Shown: positions 8,106-18,757 of the stretch, in pieces
How positions within the stretch are numbered: position 1 is the stretch's first letter
How the letters are laid out: each line of letters opens with the position of its first letter
NCBI GenBank assembly: GCA_944320495.1
Contig: CALUHR010000013.1
Span: forward strand, 128,001-192,000
Direction: 5' to 3'
Source: Candidatus Methanomethylophilaceae archaeon
Lineage (GTDB): Archaea; Thermoplasmatota; Thermoplasmata; Methanomassiliicoccales; Methanomethylophilaceae
Length of the DNA: 64,000 bases
Made by a program: the position numbers and the translations under genes
Notes under the pieces: model-generated
The model's database searches: none
What the model was told of the DNA's origin: nothing
What the model saw: only the letters and a program-made list of their open reading frames with translations

Positions 8106-9920
8106 TCACATCATGAAGACAAGTGCACAGATTACGAATGAAAACGAACCAAGAGCCATACTCAGGCATGTGCATACAGTTCTCCTGACAATCTCCTTCT
8201 CATCGAAAGAGTAGAGCCTCAGTCTGAGGATAGAATCCAATCCAAATCCACGCAGAAATCTAATCCTTGCAATTTTACAAGATAGATTGCGATACATGAT
8301 CAACACGCATACGATCCTTGTAACAACCAACAACAGGAGGGATGCTGATGCCCAAAGTCTGATAGCCCCGTCTGCAAGGATAAAAAGAGCCAGCAGAACA
8401 ACAGCAACGGACAGGAACGCTGGAAATCTGTGCAGAGAAACCTCTGGCACAGCCCTGCAGATGGATGCGGCCTGCATGCCCCATAGCCGCTCCACAGCCT
8501 TCTCATACTCCTGGGGAACTCCGATCAGTGATGCGCTTTTATCGGAGCAAATATGCCTCCATCCGCTTACTTTGGCAATAACGTCTAGAGGTGTGCCGAA
8601 TCCCGCTCTAAGAACGTCCTCGGTCCGAACTATGTAGAGCATCCCCGGCTTGTAGAATTCTTCCATCGACAAGGAAAGTGACTCAGATATATCCTGAAAA
8701 AAATGGGATGTATCCATCCGGAGAGTGAGTCTGGCACATTCCCCCTGTTCGATTGTAGAAAGTACGTCACTCGACCTGACAGAACATCTTAGGGGACTTA
8801 TCACCATCATGTCGCATTTCAGAGATTCCAACGAGCGAATTGTCCCCTCGTCTGTCAGTTCAGGCTCCACTCCAACAAAGATACAACGTCCGATTCTGAG
8901 ACCGTTCTCATTGATGTAGCGATTCAGACGCCCGGAACGCCACATCATCATCGAAACCTTTGCATAACCTGCGACTGCAGAGAGTGCTTTGAAAAACGTG
9001 ACTGACCCGAATAGAAACACGGGAACCAAATATGCCGCCCAAATGGGATCGACATGAATCATGGAAACTAAAATCGCCAATGGAAGAAAAATTACGAAAG
9101 TTGGCGTCAGCGGAAGATAAGTATAATCGAAAAACGGCCACAAACCAGAACGCACGATGGCGCGAAGGGTGAACAGCTCAACCGCCAGCGAGGTCATGAG
9201 AATGACGAGATTGATTGGCCACCCTGACGTTGGCAGAATCATCACAATGCATGATGTCGCCAACCATTCCACGACTATGCATATGTAGATTCCCCGTTTG
9301 GAAGCGATCTGATGAGTGCCGAAGAAAGTTTTCGTTTTTGAAGCAACATCGTTGTCATGGTCCATCGACTGGTGTATGAGGATGTAACGGACTCCCAGAG
9401 CAAAACCCAGGATCATCGTCGCCGAAAATATCACCGGATTCACCGGGATCATGAGAGGCAATACAGTCAATGGACTGCAGCGTTGGGCATATGACGAGAC
9501 AATGACCCCCATCAACCCACGCTCCTTGAAACGGATCGGCCTCAGAGAATATGACGTACTCAGGAATAGATTCGTAACAACGACGATGGTCATTGGTATG
9601 CTCGGAAAAACAAATATCGGAATCAAAACCGGAACTGTCGCTAACAAGAGACTGCAGTATCTAAAACACATCGATCTGGTCGAGAACATATTCGATTTAC
9701 CGACTGCACGATCCTGCTCCACGTCGCTGAAATCATTGGCGACATAACCCGAAATCATAATTGCGACAGAAAGAACTGAGAAACACACAAATGGCAGCAC
9801 GGACTCTTCCGGAGTCACTCCGGACACCAGAAAGACCGCGATTGCCCCCAGCATTAGGAATGGAATCTTGGATCCAGCCCAATCATCCATTCTTAAACTT
9901 CTGATTCTCATAGAAGTCAT
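8106..9920 (-). CDS. UbiA-family prenyltransferase with long C-terminal extension (start uncertain, 9890-9932)
   Basis: Multi-TM; Asp-rich motifs NDFSDVEQD and HQSMDHDND. Confidence 0.75.
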   Translation of the reverse strand: MTSMRIRSLRMDDWAGSKIPFLMLGAIAVFLVSGVTPEESVLPFVCFSVLSVAIMISGYVANDFSDVEQDRAVGKSNMFSTRSMCFRYCSLLLATVPVLIPIFVFPSIPMTIVVVTNLFLSTSYSLRPIRFKERGLMGVIVSSYAQRCSPLTVLPLMIPVNPVIFSATMILGFALGVRYILIHQSMDHDNDVASKTKTFFGTHQIASKRGIYICIVVEWLATSCIVMILPTSGWPINLVILMTSLAVELFTLRAIVRSGLWPFFDYTYLPLTPTFVIFLPLAILVSMIHVDPIWAAYLVPVFLFGSVTFFKALSAVAGYAKVSMMMWRSGRLNRYINENGLRIGRCIFVGVEPELTDEGTIRSLESLKCDMMVISPLRCSVRSSDVLSTIEQGECARLTLRMDTSHFFQDISESLSLSMEEFYKPGMLYIVRTEDVLRAGFGTPLDVIAKVSGWRHICSDKSASLIGVPQEYEKAVERLWGMQAASICRAVPEVSLHRFPAFLSVAVVLLALFILADGAIRLWASASLLLLVVTRIVCVLIMYRNLSCKIARIRFLRGFGLDSILRLRLYSFDEKEIVRRTVCTCLSMALGSFSFVICALVFMM

Positions 9921-11250
9921 CTGCTCTGTCAACCTTCAGAAGTTCCAGACCGTTGTTGGTGATGAACATGCAGTTGTCACAGATCCTAGGCAGCTTTCCA
10001 CTGAAGAACAGTTCCCTCAACCTTACGAGAGGATTCCCGTTCCACACCTCGGTGAAATCACGATCGAGATTGCCAACGTTATGAAGAACGTCTATGCAGC
10101 ATGCGATGACCTCTCCCTTTGCCGTGACCATGGAGGTGTCCCAGATCCGGTCGCAGATGCCGTTGCAAGTGCTTCTGGATTTCTGGGGATTCAGGTCAAA
10201 TCCGTACAAGCTCCATCTCTCGCTCATTGGCGAGCATCTATCTATCTGGCGCGGTGGATCCCACGGCTCCGAACCTATGCGTATAATGTCTAAATCGTAG
10301 TCTGAATCCGAAAGAGACAAGAAATAATCAGGATAGATCAGCTCTATGCCTACAGCTTCTGCTACCTGAATTGCACGTTTTAGATGCGTTTTTAGAGCTG
10401 ATGGATACAGCACAGGGTCATCATATTTGTTCAAAGCATTGTCATTGATTCCCACTCTTGTGAAAATAACCCGTTGGAATCCGTTCTCGACAGCGTATTC
10501 GACTATACGCTCTAACTCAGCGATGTTGTGTCTCATCACCACTGTCGCCAACGTCATGAACGTTTGTGGTGAAGCCGACCTAAACCGACGGATGTTTTCT
10601 GTCACACGCTCCAGGTTCAGACCCTTACGTATGATGGAGTACATCCTCGGATCTACAGAATCCAACGAAACCGTCAATGTTTCAAATAAATCATGATGAG
10701 CCAGCACTGCATCCGGAAGTATTGACATGTTCGTGTTTGTGGACACATGGATGTGATACTTGGAATACAGATCTAAACGGGAACCCAGAGCAGGATCCAT
10801 GAACGGCTCCCCATTGCCATGTAGGACAATAGTGCGAAGATATGGCATCACAGATTCGAGACACGATACGAAATCATCCGTGAGATGGGATGCCCCGATA
10901 TTACGACGATAGTAGTGTACACACATTATACACTCTGCATTGCAAAATGACGTGTGCTCCAACTGAAGGGTCATTGGATAATGGCGGAATACAGACCTGC
11001 CTTCGACCAGATCGTGGCAGGCAAGTGCCTCATTGAGATCTTTGACGGTGTCGTAATCACCTAGCTCAAGACACGACAAGATCGTAGATTCTATGGCATC
11101 GGCATCGGAGAGATCCACATTCACACGGCCGTTTTCATAAGCAATGGGCGATTGACCCCGACGTATCATATCTGGCAACCAGTCTTTCATTGATTCGTGA
11201 ACAGGCGATTGACAGGTCACTTCCTGGATGTCATTGCCCGAAGACACCAC
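9883..11250 (-). CDS. Radical SAM protein with SPASM/twitch domain
   Basis: CNAECIMC, GNGEPFM, STNTN, VSLDS; C-terminal CDRIW...GEVIACC...VGNL...CDNC. Confidence 0.92.
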   Translation of the reverse strand: MVSSGNDIQEVTCQSPVHESMKDWLPDMIRRGQSPIAYENGRVNVDLSDADAIESTILSCLELGDYDTVKDLNEALACHDLVEGRSVFRHYPMTLQLEHTSFCNAECIMCVHYYRRNIGASHLTDDFVSCLESVMPYLRTIVLHGNGEPFMDPALGSRLDLYSKYHIHVSTNTNMSILPDAVLAHHDLFETLTVSLDSVDPRMYSIIRKGLNLERVTENIRRFRSASPQTFMTLATVVMRHNIAELERIVEYAVENGFQRVIFTRVGINDNALNKYDDPVLYPSALKTHLKRAIQVAEAVGIELIYPDYFLSLSDSDYDLDIIRIGSEPWDPPRQIDRCSPMSERWSLYGFDLNPQKSRSTCNGICDRIWDTSMVTAKGEVIACCIDVLHNVGNLDRDFTEVWNGNPLVRLRELFFSGKLPRICDNCMFITNNGLELLKVDRADDFYENQKFKNG

Positions 11251-11251
11251 A

Positions 11252-12121
11252 TCACACCCACAGATGCTGAGGGTAGGTTCCTTTCACCTTCTCTTCGTTA
11301 ATATGCTTCAAAAGAGCATCGTAATCATCGCGATACGTAACTCCCATCCATGATGCGTTCGTATCCACACAGTTCATCTTGATCTCCCCCAGAGATAGCA
11401 ACGAATCCAGAACAGTGGATAGCACGAACTCCTGTCCATCCTGCTCGTGATCCTTGATGAACATCTGAAGCCTCTGCCTTAACATAGTGAAAATCGAGGG
11501 ATTGAGCACGAACAGGTTCATGGAGACTGGATTACTCTCGCATATGCGCATTACTTTATCTGAATTCAAAGGACGACAAGCAATTCCATCCGAATCGACC
11601 CACACTTCCGACTCGATGATCCTGCGAATATGGCCGGAGTCTACCTTGCAAATGCCACGTTTCACCGTCCCGTGTGGAGAGAGTGTATTTCCGACTCTGT
11701 AGCATATGCAGCCACATTCTCCACTGCCTGAAAGCGGAGAGTTGAGCATTCCGGTAATAAGGGCACCCCTACCATAGAAATCATCAGCATTGACGACCAG
11801 AAACGGCTCCTCCAGGTGTCCTTCGCAGCAGAGAAGGGCAAATCCGGTACCAGATGGCAATACATGAACAGACATCTCATTTTCAGGATATTCCTGAATG
11901 ACGAATTCCAATGGAATCCTGGCACCAATTCTCGCCTTCAGAGCCTCGAAGAACTTCAGATGGCTCTTTTGAATAACTATGATGACTTTGCTGTAACCGC
12001 AAAGAATTGCATCATATATGGAATAGTCGATTAAGAAATTCCCGTCATCATCAACTGGTTCATACTGCTTCAACCCCCCGTATCTCTTACCGAGGCCGGC
12101 TGCCAGTATCACCATTTGCAT
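11252..12121 (-). CDS. Sugar-phosphate nucleotidyltransferase
   Basis: LAAGLGKRYGGLKQ, VVNADDFYG, WMGVTY. Confidence 0.88.
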   Translation of the reverse strand: MQMVILAAGLGKRYGGLKQYEPVDDDGNFLIDYSIYDAILCGYSKVIIVIQKSHLKFFEALKARIGARIPLEFVIQEYPENEMSVHVLPSGTGFALLCCEGHLEEPFLVVNADDFYGRGALITGMLNSPLSGSGECGCICYRVGNTLSPHGTVKRGICKVDSGHIRRIIESEVWVDSDGIACRPLNSDKVMRICESNPVSMNLFVLNPSIFTMLRQRLQMFIKDHEQDGQEFVLSTVLDSLLSLGEIKMNCVDTNASWMGVTYRDDYDALLKHINEEKVKGTYPQHLWV

Positions 12122-12231
12122 AATTGGGACATTGACGTACCATTATTAATTTTAACTATTTTAGTATAAATTCAATTTTGAATTTGATAATAATATTTAA
12201 GACCATTATCCAGATTGAACTATGAACGGTT
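12122..12231. promoter_or_regulatory. Divergent AT-rich promoter region with perfect 8-bp inverted repeat
   Basis: AAATTCAA-tt-TTGAATTT at 12168-12185; TATA-like TATTTAAG about 30 nt before ATG 12232. Confidence 0.6.
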
Positions 12232-13545
12232 ATGAAGACTGTGAGCGAGACCAAGATCGGATTCGTCGGACTGGGATACGTCGGCACGGTGAGTGCTGCA
12301 GGTTTCGCGATTCTGGGATTTGATGTTTACGGATACGATCTGGATGAAAGGAAAGTGACCAGTCTTATAAACAGACAGCCGCTCATCTACGAATCTGGAC
12401 TCCAGGAAGTTCTGTTAGACGCCGATATTTCATCAAGAATGCATTTCGTGTATGATATCGACAACCTGGTTGATAATGCGGACGTCATCTTCGTAACAGT
12501 TGGGACACCGGAATCTATTGACGGCTCCTGCAACACATCTTTTGTCACACAAGCTCTTGAATCCATACTGTCACGTCTCACAGAGAGAGGTCTGGACAGC
12601 ATTGTTGTGGTAAAAAGCACCGTGCCCGTAGGATTCACACAAGAATTCATCGATTCTCTTGGAAACGACGAAGGAATCTGTCGGAACATATGCTTCAGTC
12701 CAGAATTTCTCAGAGAAGGATCCGCTCTAGATGACTTTCTCAATCCGAGCAGGGTGGTGATTGGCACAACTGATGCAAGCATTTTCGAGACTGTTGCCCA
12801 CCTATACGGAAAATATGAATCGAAAGGAGTTCCGATTCTAATGATGGATCCGACCTCTGCCGAGCTAGTGAAGTATGCCTCTAACTCGTTTCTGGCAGCG
12901 AAGGTCGCTCTGATTAATGAATTCGCTGACCTTTCTCACGCTGTTGGTGCGAACATTGATACCGTGTCGAGAGCGATAGGAATGGACCCACGGATCGGTA
13001 ACGAGTTCATGCGCGCATCGGTCGGATTCGGTGGGAGTTGCTTTCCGAAAGATGTGTCTGAGATTGACCATAGATCCAATAGTCTTGGAATACGCCACCC
13101 CCTCATCGGCTCAATTCTTGAATCAAACAGAGCCCACATAGAGAGGATGACGGATCGCATTGACAGATGTGCGAAACATCAAGGAATCAGAACGATTTCA
13201 ATCCTGGGCCTGGCTTTCAAACCTGACTCGGATGATATCCGCGAATCCCCTGCCATTGAAATCGCATCGAAACTTCTTGAAAGAGGATATGTTGTGAAAG
13301 CATACGACCCACTGGCAGGACCCAATGCACTTCTAGCCCTGCCAAAGGGGATTGAGATACTCGACAATGCATACGACTGCATGAATGAGGCGGAGATGGT
13401 AACCATCCTAACGGGATGGCGTTCCTTCAGAGAGCTAAAATTCTGCAGGTCTGGAAGTGTGCGGATCGTTATGGATCTCGCCAATGTCCTGGACGGTGAA
13501 ACGATCGGTGCCATGGGGCTCGAATACCACAATATAACGGAGTGA
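12232..13545 (+). CDS. ugd: UDP-glucose 6-dehydrogenase
   Basis: GLGYVG, VGTP, KSTVP, PEFLREG, KYASN, GFGGSCFPKD, LGLAFKPDSDDIRESP. Confidence 0.95.
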   Translation: MKTVSETKIGFVGLGYVGTVSAAGFAILGFDVYGYDLDERKVTSLINRQPLIYESGLQEVLLDADISSRMHFVYDIDNLVDNADVIFVTVGTPESIDGSCNTSFVTQALESILSRLTERGLDSIVVVKSTVPVGFTQEFIDSLGNDEGICRNICFSPEFLREGSALDDFLNPSRVVIGTTDASIFETVAHLYGKYESKGVPILMMDPTSAELVKYASNSFLAAKVALINEFADLSHAVGANIDTVSRAIGMDPRIGNEFMRASVGFGGSCFPKDVSEIDHRSNSLGIRHPLIGSILESNRAHIERMTDRIDRCAKHQGIRTISILGLAFKPDSDDIRESPAIEIASKLLERGYVVKAYDPLAGPNALLALPKGIEILDNAYDCMNEAEMVTILTGWRSFRELKFCRSGSVRIVMDLANVLDGETIGAMGLEYHNITE

Positions 13546-14678
13546 CGAATACGACCGTTGACTTCTCCATCGTCATACCCACATGGAACAGAAAGGAGTA
13601 CGTTGAACGTCTCCTGAAATCCATCGCAGAGGACAGACAATCCTACACGGGCGGCTCTACAGAGATAATAATCGTAGACAGTAGCGTGGATGAGGAACGC
13701 GACTCCATAATGGAATCCTGCAAAAGGTATGGTGCACGCTATATTGAAGGGCCCGACTCTGTGAGGAAAAAACGCAACATGGGAATCGTGGATTCGCGGT
13801 TCGACCATATCCTCTTCCTAGACTCAGACGTCATAGTGGAGAAGGGACTTCTGGAAGCGCACGCCAGAGTGTACGAAGAGTCCCCATCAGAGAATCTTGG
13901 AGGCACATTCGGCGTAACCGAATTCTATGGAGAAAGGTCATTCATCTGGAAAGTTGTCGAATACACGAACTACACTGTTGCGTTCGATCAGGCTAAGAAA
14001 TACCCCTATGTGAACTGGACGATTGGAAACAACGTTTCTTTCGTAAAGAAATGTCTCGTAGACATAGGTATGTTCGAAGAAAACCTGCCGTTTAAGCTTG
14101 GAGGAGATGATCTCGATCTAAGCTATCGGGTAGTCGCCAGCGGGCATCCGATCAAATGTACGTCAGAGGCAGTGACATATCATTCTCGTGAAACATGGAA
14201 TTCCAGAGATGCCATCAATAACAGGACGAAGAGATGGGGTGCGATGGAGTACTACAACTCGAAACGTCACTGGAATTTGATGAAGAAGACCCTCCCCGGG
14301 CTTCCGATCATGTTCTCTATGGCAACACTGTCCCTTTTGATATCATTCCTAATAACAGAATCAACAGCGTTTCTATGGTCTATCCCTGTGATCGGTATTC
14401 TGACGTTCATAATCGGTTTTGCCTGTGATGCTACTAACAGCCACAGATACAATATCATATACTATGGATTAGCGAAACTCCTCGGTGTAAAATACAGCTA
14501 TTACAAAATCAAAGAGTGCTGGCACAATCATGACTTCGGGCTGATTGGAAGAGTCATGATCTTTGACAAAGGACATGCCATGGCCGAATATTCTGCGAGA
14601 AGCCGTAAAATGGACTGGTTCCTGATATCGTCCGTAGCAGTATTCCTCATAGATTTCCTACTTACAAGGATGGGTTGA
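13542..14678 (+). CDS. GT2 glycosyltransferase with C-terminal TM helices
   Basis: SIVIPTWNR, IIIVDS, FLDSDV, GGDDLDLSYR. Confidence 0.9.
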   Translation: MTNTTVDFSIVIPTWNRKEYVERLLKSIAEDRQSYTGGSTEIIIVDSSVDEERDSIMESCKRYGARYIEGPDSVRKKRNMGIVDSRFDHILFLDSDVIVEKGLLEAHARVYEESPSENLGGTFGVTEFYGERSFIWKVVEYTNYTVAFDQAKKYPYVNWTIGNNVSFVKKCLVDIGMFEENLPFKLGGDDLDLSYRVVASGHPIKCTSEAVTYHSRETWNSRDAINNRTKRWGAMEYYNSKRHWNLMKKTLPGLPIMFSMATLSLLISFLITESTAFLWSIPVIGILTFIIGFACDATNSHRYNIIYYGLAKLLGVKYSYYKIKECWHNHDFGLIGRVMIFDKGHAMAEYSARSRKMDWFLISSVAVFLIDFLLTRMG

Positions 14679-14682
14679 CTCC

Positions 14683-15789
14683 ATGGACTTCAGTGTCGTT
14701 ATACCGGCCCGCGGTCGCACGGATCTCCTCAGAACACTGCTGGAGAGCCTGAATACCGCCAGGGGTTTCAATGACGGTGATGTGGAAATCCTGATTCTAG
14801 ACGATAGCGACGAACCGTATTCGACAGCGATCAAATCCATGTCTACAGGACTCGGTGCAAGCTATATTCGTGCTGAAATGACAGTGGGTGCTAAGAGAAA
14901 TCTCGGTGCCAGAATGTCAAATCACGACATCGTTGTTTTTCTTGATTCAGATGTTCGTGTGTCCGATAATTTCTTCTGCGGATATGAAAGGGTTTTCGCC
15001 GCCAAGGAGATCAACATGGCGATAGGACTTTTGGAGTTCTATGGCGACGAGAGCTGGTACTGGAAGGTTGTCAAGTCCACCCCGTTCGTAAAATGTTTTG
15101 ACATGCCACGGTACATGGACATGCTCCCATGGGGATGTTCCTGCAACATGGCAGTCCGGAGAGACTTCTTCCTTGAACTATCCGGATTCAGCGATGAATT
15201 CCGCGAACCGGCAGGAGAGGATGTTGATCTAGGCCTTAGGGTTAGCAAGCGCCACATTCCAATAGTCCCAGTCAAAGAATCGGTGGCGTTCCATTCCAAC
15301 ACCACCTGGTCAAAGAGACGGGACATGATCCGTCGTGTTTGCATGTACGGGAGAGGGGATGCAGTCCTTGTTGAACGCCATCCTGACTCGACGGTGAGAT
15401 CGGGCCTCCGCCGTTGGATCTTTTTCCTCGCTATCACCATAATCTGCTGTCTTTCGGCAATCGTTTCTGAAAATGCCTGGATGCTTCTGATGATACCGAC
15501 ACTCATTGTTGCCGAACTCCTCGCTGTATCTGCCAAGATATCGGTAAAAACTGAAGATGTTAGCCTGTGTCAGGCACTGGCATCCCAAGAGCTGGTGCTA
15601 CGCAATGAGCTGTCATACATCTTGACCTGCATATCAAGAGGACATCCGGGCAACGTCTTCAGACAGATCGTCACCGTTGAGGGACAGGCATATGACATCT
15701 TGGATTTCATGAGATTCGCCTACCTATTGGACCTTGGTCTGCTGATGCTCCTCTTCATATTCTCGGGATTGGTGATAACATATGCATGA
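14683..15789 (+). CDS. GT2 glycosyltransferase with C-terminal TM helices
   Basis: SVVIPARGR, LILDD, FLDSDV, AGEDVDLGLR. Confidence 0.9.
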   Translation: MDFSVVIPARGRTDLLRTLLESLNTARGFNDGDVEILILDDSDEPYSTAIKSMSTGLGASYIRAEMTVGAKRNLGARMSNHDIVVFLDSDVRVSDNFFCGYERVFAAKEINMAIGLLEFYGDESWYWKVVKSTPFVKCFDMPRYMDMLPWGCSCNMAVRRDFFLELSGFSDEFREPAGEDVDLGLRVSKRHIPIVPVKESVAFHSNTTWSKRRDMIRRVCMYGRGDAVLVERHPDSTVRSGLRRWIFFLAITIICCLSAIVSENAWMLLMIPTLIVAELLAVSAKISVKTEDVSLCQALASQELVLRNELSYILTCISRGHPGNVFRQIVTVEGQAYDILDFMRFAYLLDLGLLMLLFIFSGLVITYA

Positions 15790-16972
15790 AGAACAGATGA
15801 AAAAATTCCTCCAGTGCGTAAAGTCGGGTTATTTCAACAATCCTGTCACCATAGAACGTGTAGAACCGTTGAAAGGTCTGTCAGAGCTGTCATATGACGA
15901 CTTTTGTCACATCCCGGTAATGACGAAGAGCGACATAAGATCGACATCCATCGAAACACGCGAACTCGAAAGCGGAAGATGCGTCGGCATATTCTCCAGC
16001 AGCGGATCCACCGGCAAGAGGACATATTATAAGTTCAGCCAAGAGGACCAGGATGTCTTCAATGAGACTGCCAGAGAGCTGTTCGGCAGACTCGGCGTGA
16101 ATTCCGACGATGTCTTCGCTGTTTGTGCCCCCGTAGGGGAGGGGATAATGGCCCACTGCATGATATGGGAGGCCATTGCCAACTGCTCGGGGTATACTGT
16201 ATGCCCAACCCCATCGCCTTCGAATGTGATGGAAATGTTGGACAACATCCCTGTAACGATAATAGCGGGATTGCCGTCTGTCTTGGACTTCTCGCTTGAA
16301 TCAGAGAAGGGGACACAGAGCCATAAGACGCATCTTCGCATGATGATCTCTGGCGGGCACTATATGTCCGAAGCGAAGCGCGATCGCATCGAGTCAGTCT
16401 GGGGGATAGAATGGTACAATGCGTATGGAATCAGCGAATTCTTCGGTCCGTTGATGTGCGAGTGCCGCTGTAAAAACGGATTCCATTACAACCAGAAATG
16501 TCTCTTCGTCGAAATTGTAGATGTCCATTCCAAAGAACCTATCGAGGGACCGGGGAAAATCGGCATAATGTTGCTCACACCTCTATGGAAGAAAGGATCC
16601 CCTCTGATCAGATACTGGACTGACGACTACGCCGAATGGATAGACGAACCCTGTACTTGCGGTGCATTCGGACGCAGAATCAGGATACTTGGCAGACAAT
16701 GTGATGTGATTTGCATCAATGGGAGATACATCTTCCCCAACGACATCGAAGAGATTCTCGTCAGGAACAGCAGAAACACCTTGGCATACTTCGACATCGA
16801 AGATGATGATATCGTCTGCTTCCTCCCGGAAATTAACGGATCATGCGGAGAGCTTGAGAGACTCTTTGACACAGAGATTCACTTCAAAACAAAGAGCGAA
16901 TGGCCCAATATCAACCGCCCGAAGCCATATTACTTCAGCAAAACATTGAAACAGAGGCTGAGTGACAGATGA
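15782..16972 (+). CDS. PaaK/F390-synthetase-like adenylate-forming ligase
   Basis: SSSGSTGK loop, YNAYGISE, PLIRYWTDD, ILGRQCD. Confidence 0.88.
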   Translation: MHEEQMKKFLQCVKSGYFNNPVTIERVEPLKGLSELSYDDFCHIPVMTKSDIRSTSIETRELESGRCVGIFSSSGSTGKRTYYKFSQEDQDVFNETARELFGRLGVNSDDVFAVCAPVGEGIMAHCMIWEAIANCSGYTVCPTPSPSNVMEMLDNIPVTIIAGLPSVLDFSLESEKGTQSHKTHLRMMISGGHYMSEAKRDRIESVWGIEWYNAYGISEFFGPLMCECRCKNGFHYNQKCLFVEIVDVHSKEPIEGPGKIGIMLLTPLWKKGSPLIRYWTDDYAEWIDEPCTCGAFGRRIRILGRQCDVICINGRYIFPNDIEEILVRNSRNTLAYFDIEDDDIVCFLPEINGSCGELERLFDTEIHFKTKSEWPNINRPKPYYFSKTLKQRLSDR

Positions 16973-17892
16973 GTCGCATACTTGTCACCGGAGGACTTGG
17001 ATTCATCGGAACCAACCTGACCCTCAGGCTATTGAAATCAGGTGACGAAGTGGTGGTCATAGATAATGCGTATACCTCCAGCCTGGAGCGTATTTCTGCA
17101 TTCGAAGAATACGATGGATTCGAATTCATAAACCAAGATGTAACAACGCCTTTTGATGAACTGAACGTTGATGGCATCTATCATCTGGCCGCACCTGCAT
17201 CTCCGATAAAATACTCCAGAAATCCGGCGTATACCGTCAGAACCATCGTGGAAGGCGCGTTCAATGCATTGGAATGCGCGAGGAACAATGATTGCCGCAT
17301 ACTGGTTGCGTCCACCAGCGAGATTTATGGTGAGTGTGAAAAACACCCTCAGAGCGAAACGTACAACGGCAATGTTTGCACCATGTCCACAAGAGCCTGT
17401 TACGATGAGGCCAAAAGATGCGCAGAGACGGTCTCATTCTGCTATCATGAGACATATGGCGTAAACGTCGTCTGCCCCCGTATTTTCAACACGTATGGGC
17501 CATACATGCAGCTTGATGACGGCCGTGTGATGACCTCATTCATCAGTTCGCTTCTGAAATCAGAACCCCTGAGGATTTTTGGAGATGGGGAACAGACGAG
17601 ATCGTTCTGCTACATCGACGACCTGCTCGACGGTTTAGAACTTGTATTCTCATCCTCACTGAAAGGCAAAGCCATCAACATCGGCAATGATTTCGAGATA
17701 TCAATAAACAAATTGGCGGACATATTCGAAGAGATCTGCGGAAGGAGCTTTGAAAGAATCTATGAGAAACGCATGGACCACGAACCGATGAACAGGTGTC
17801 CCGACCTTAGCCTTATCCGCAACACACTAGGTTACAGACCGAGGATGAACATCCGCGACGGCCTGACTCGTATGGTTGAGTTCTACAGGCGA
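16969..17892 (+). CDS. uxs: UDP-glucuronate decarboxylase (UDP-xylose synthase)-like SDR; ends at CGA 17890-17892 (standard-code end 17949)
   Basis: GGLGFIG, HLAAPASP, ASTSEIYG, RACYDEAKRCAE, RIFNTYGP, QTRSFCY. Confidence 0.88.
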
Positions 17893-17896
17893 TTCG

Positions 17897-18757
17897 ATGG
17901 AAGTCACAGTAGTCATCCCAACACTGAACGAAGAAAAGCATATTCGTGAGTGCCTAGAGAGTGTGTGGTCCAATACTGTGAAACCGATTGAGATCCTTGT
18001 CTGCGATGGAGGATCCGATGATGAAACTGTTCGCATCGCTGAATCTCTAGGGGCTAAAGTCCTTATCAACAAGGACCGGACAGCTGCAACCGGCCGCAAC
18101 CTTGGCATAGCCAATGCCTCCGGTGACATAATCGCGTTCACCGACGGGGACTGCAAAGTCGATGTACATTGGATCGAATCTTTGCTGAAGGAGTTCGAAG
18201 ATTGCAATGTAGATGGCGTTGGTGGCAAAACCATTCCTGCTGATACAGATAATGAAATTGAGAGATTCTGGGGGCATATATCTCTCGAAGTCATCATGTC
18301 GTTTCCGGATCATGATTATACTGTAACCAATCGGACTCTTAATGATGCGTTTATTACTGCCAATTGTTCCTATAGGACTGATTTTCTTAGAACAATTGGC
18401 GGTTTTGACCCTTGGTTCGGCAACAACGCAGAGGATGTTGACCTATCGTGGCGTGCACTTAGTCACGGTGCGAAGCTCAGATATTGCCCTCATGCCGTGG
18501 TCATCGCTCATTCTCCTCAGACAATACGCGAAATGTGCCAGAAGAGCTTCCGCAATGGGGTCTCCTCCACCAAACTCCAGAAAGTACACAGCGGAGAGGA
18601 ATCCAGCCTCGATATCGAACTGTATCACACCCTGGTCAGATCGCTCATTGGGACGTTTAAGATGAACAAACAAGACCTTCTGCTGTCTGTCGAATTGATG
18701 TGTCACATTTGGGGAAAGATATCGAGCAGCAGAAAACTGCACTACCGTAACTGGTGA
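17897..18757 (+). CDS. GT2 glycosyltransferase
   Basis: VVIPTLNEE, DGGSDD, FTDGDC, GGFD, EDVDLSWR. Confidence 0.9.
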   Translation: MEVTVVIPTLNEEKHIRECLESVWSNTVKPIEILVCDGGSDDETVRIAESLGAKVLINKDRTAATGRNLGIANASGDIIAFTDGDCKVDVHWIESLLKEFEDCNVDGVGGKTIPADTDNEIERFWGHISLEVIMSFPDHDYTVTNRTLNDAFITANCSYRTDFLRTIGGFDPWFGNNAEDVDLSWRALSHGAKLRYCPHAVVIAHSPQTIREMCQKSFRNGVSSTKLQKVHSGEESSLDIELYHTLVRSLIGTFKMNKQDLLLSVELMCHIWGKISSSRKLHYRNW

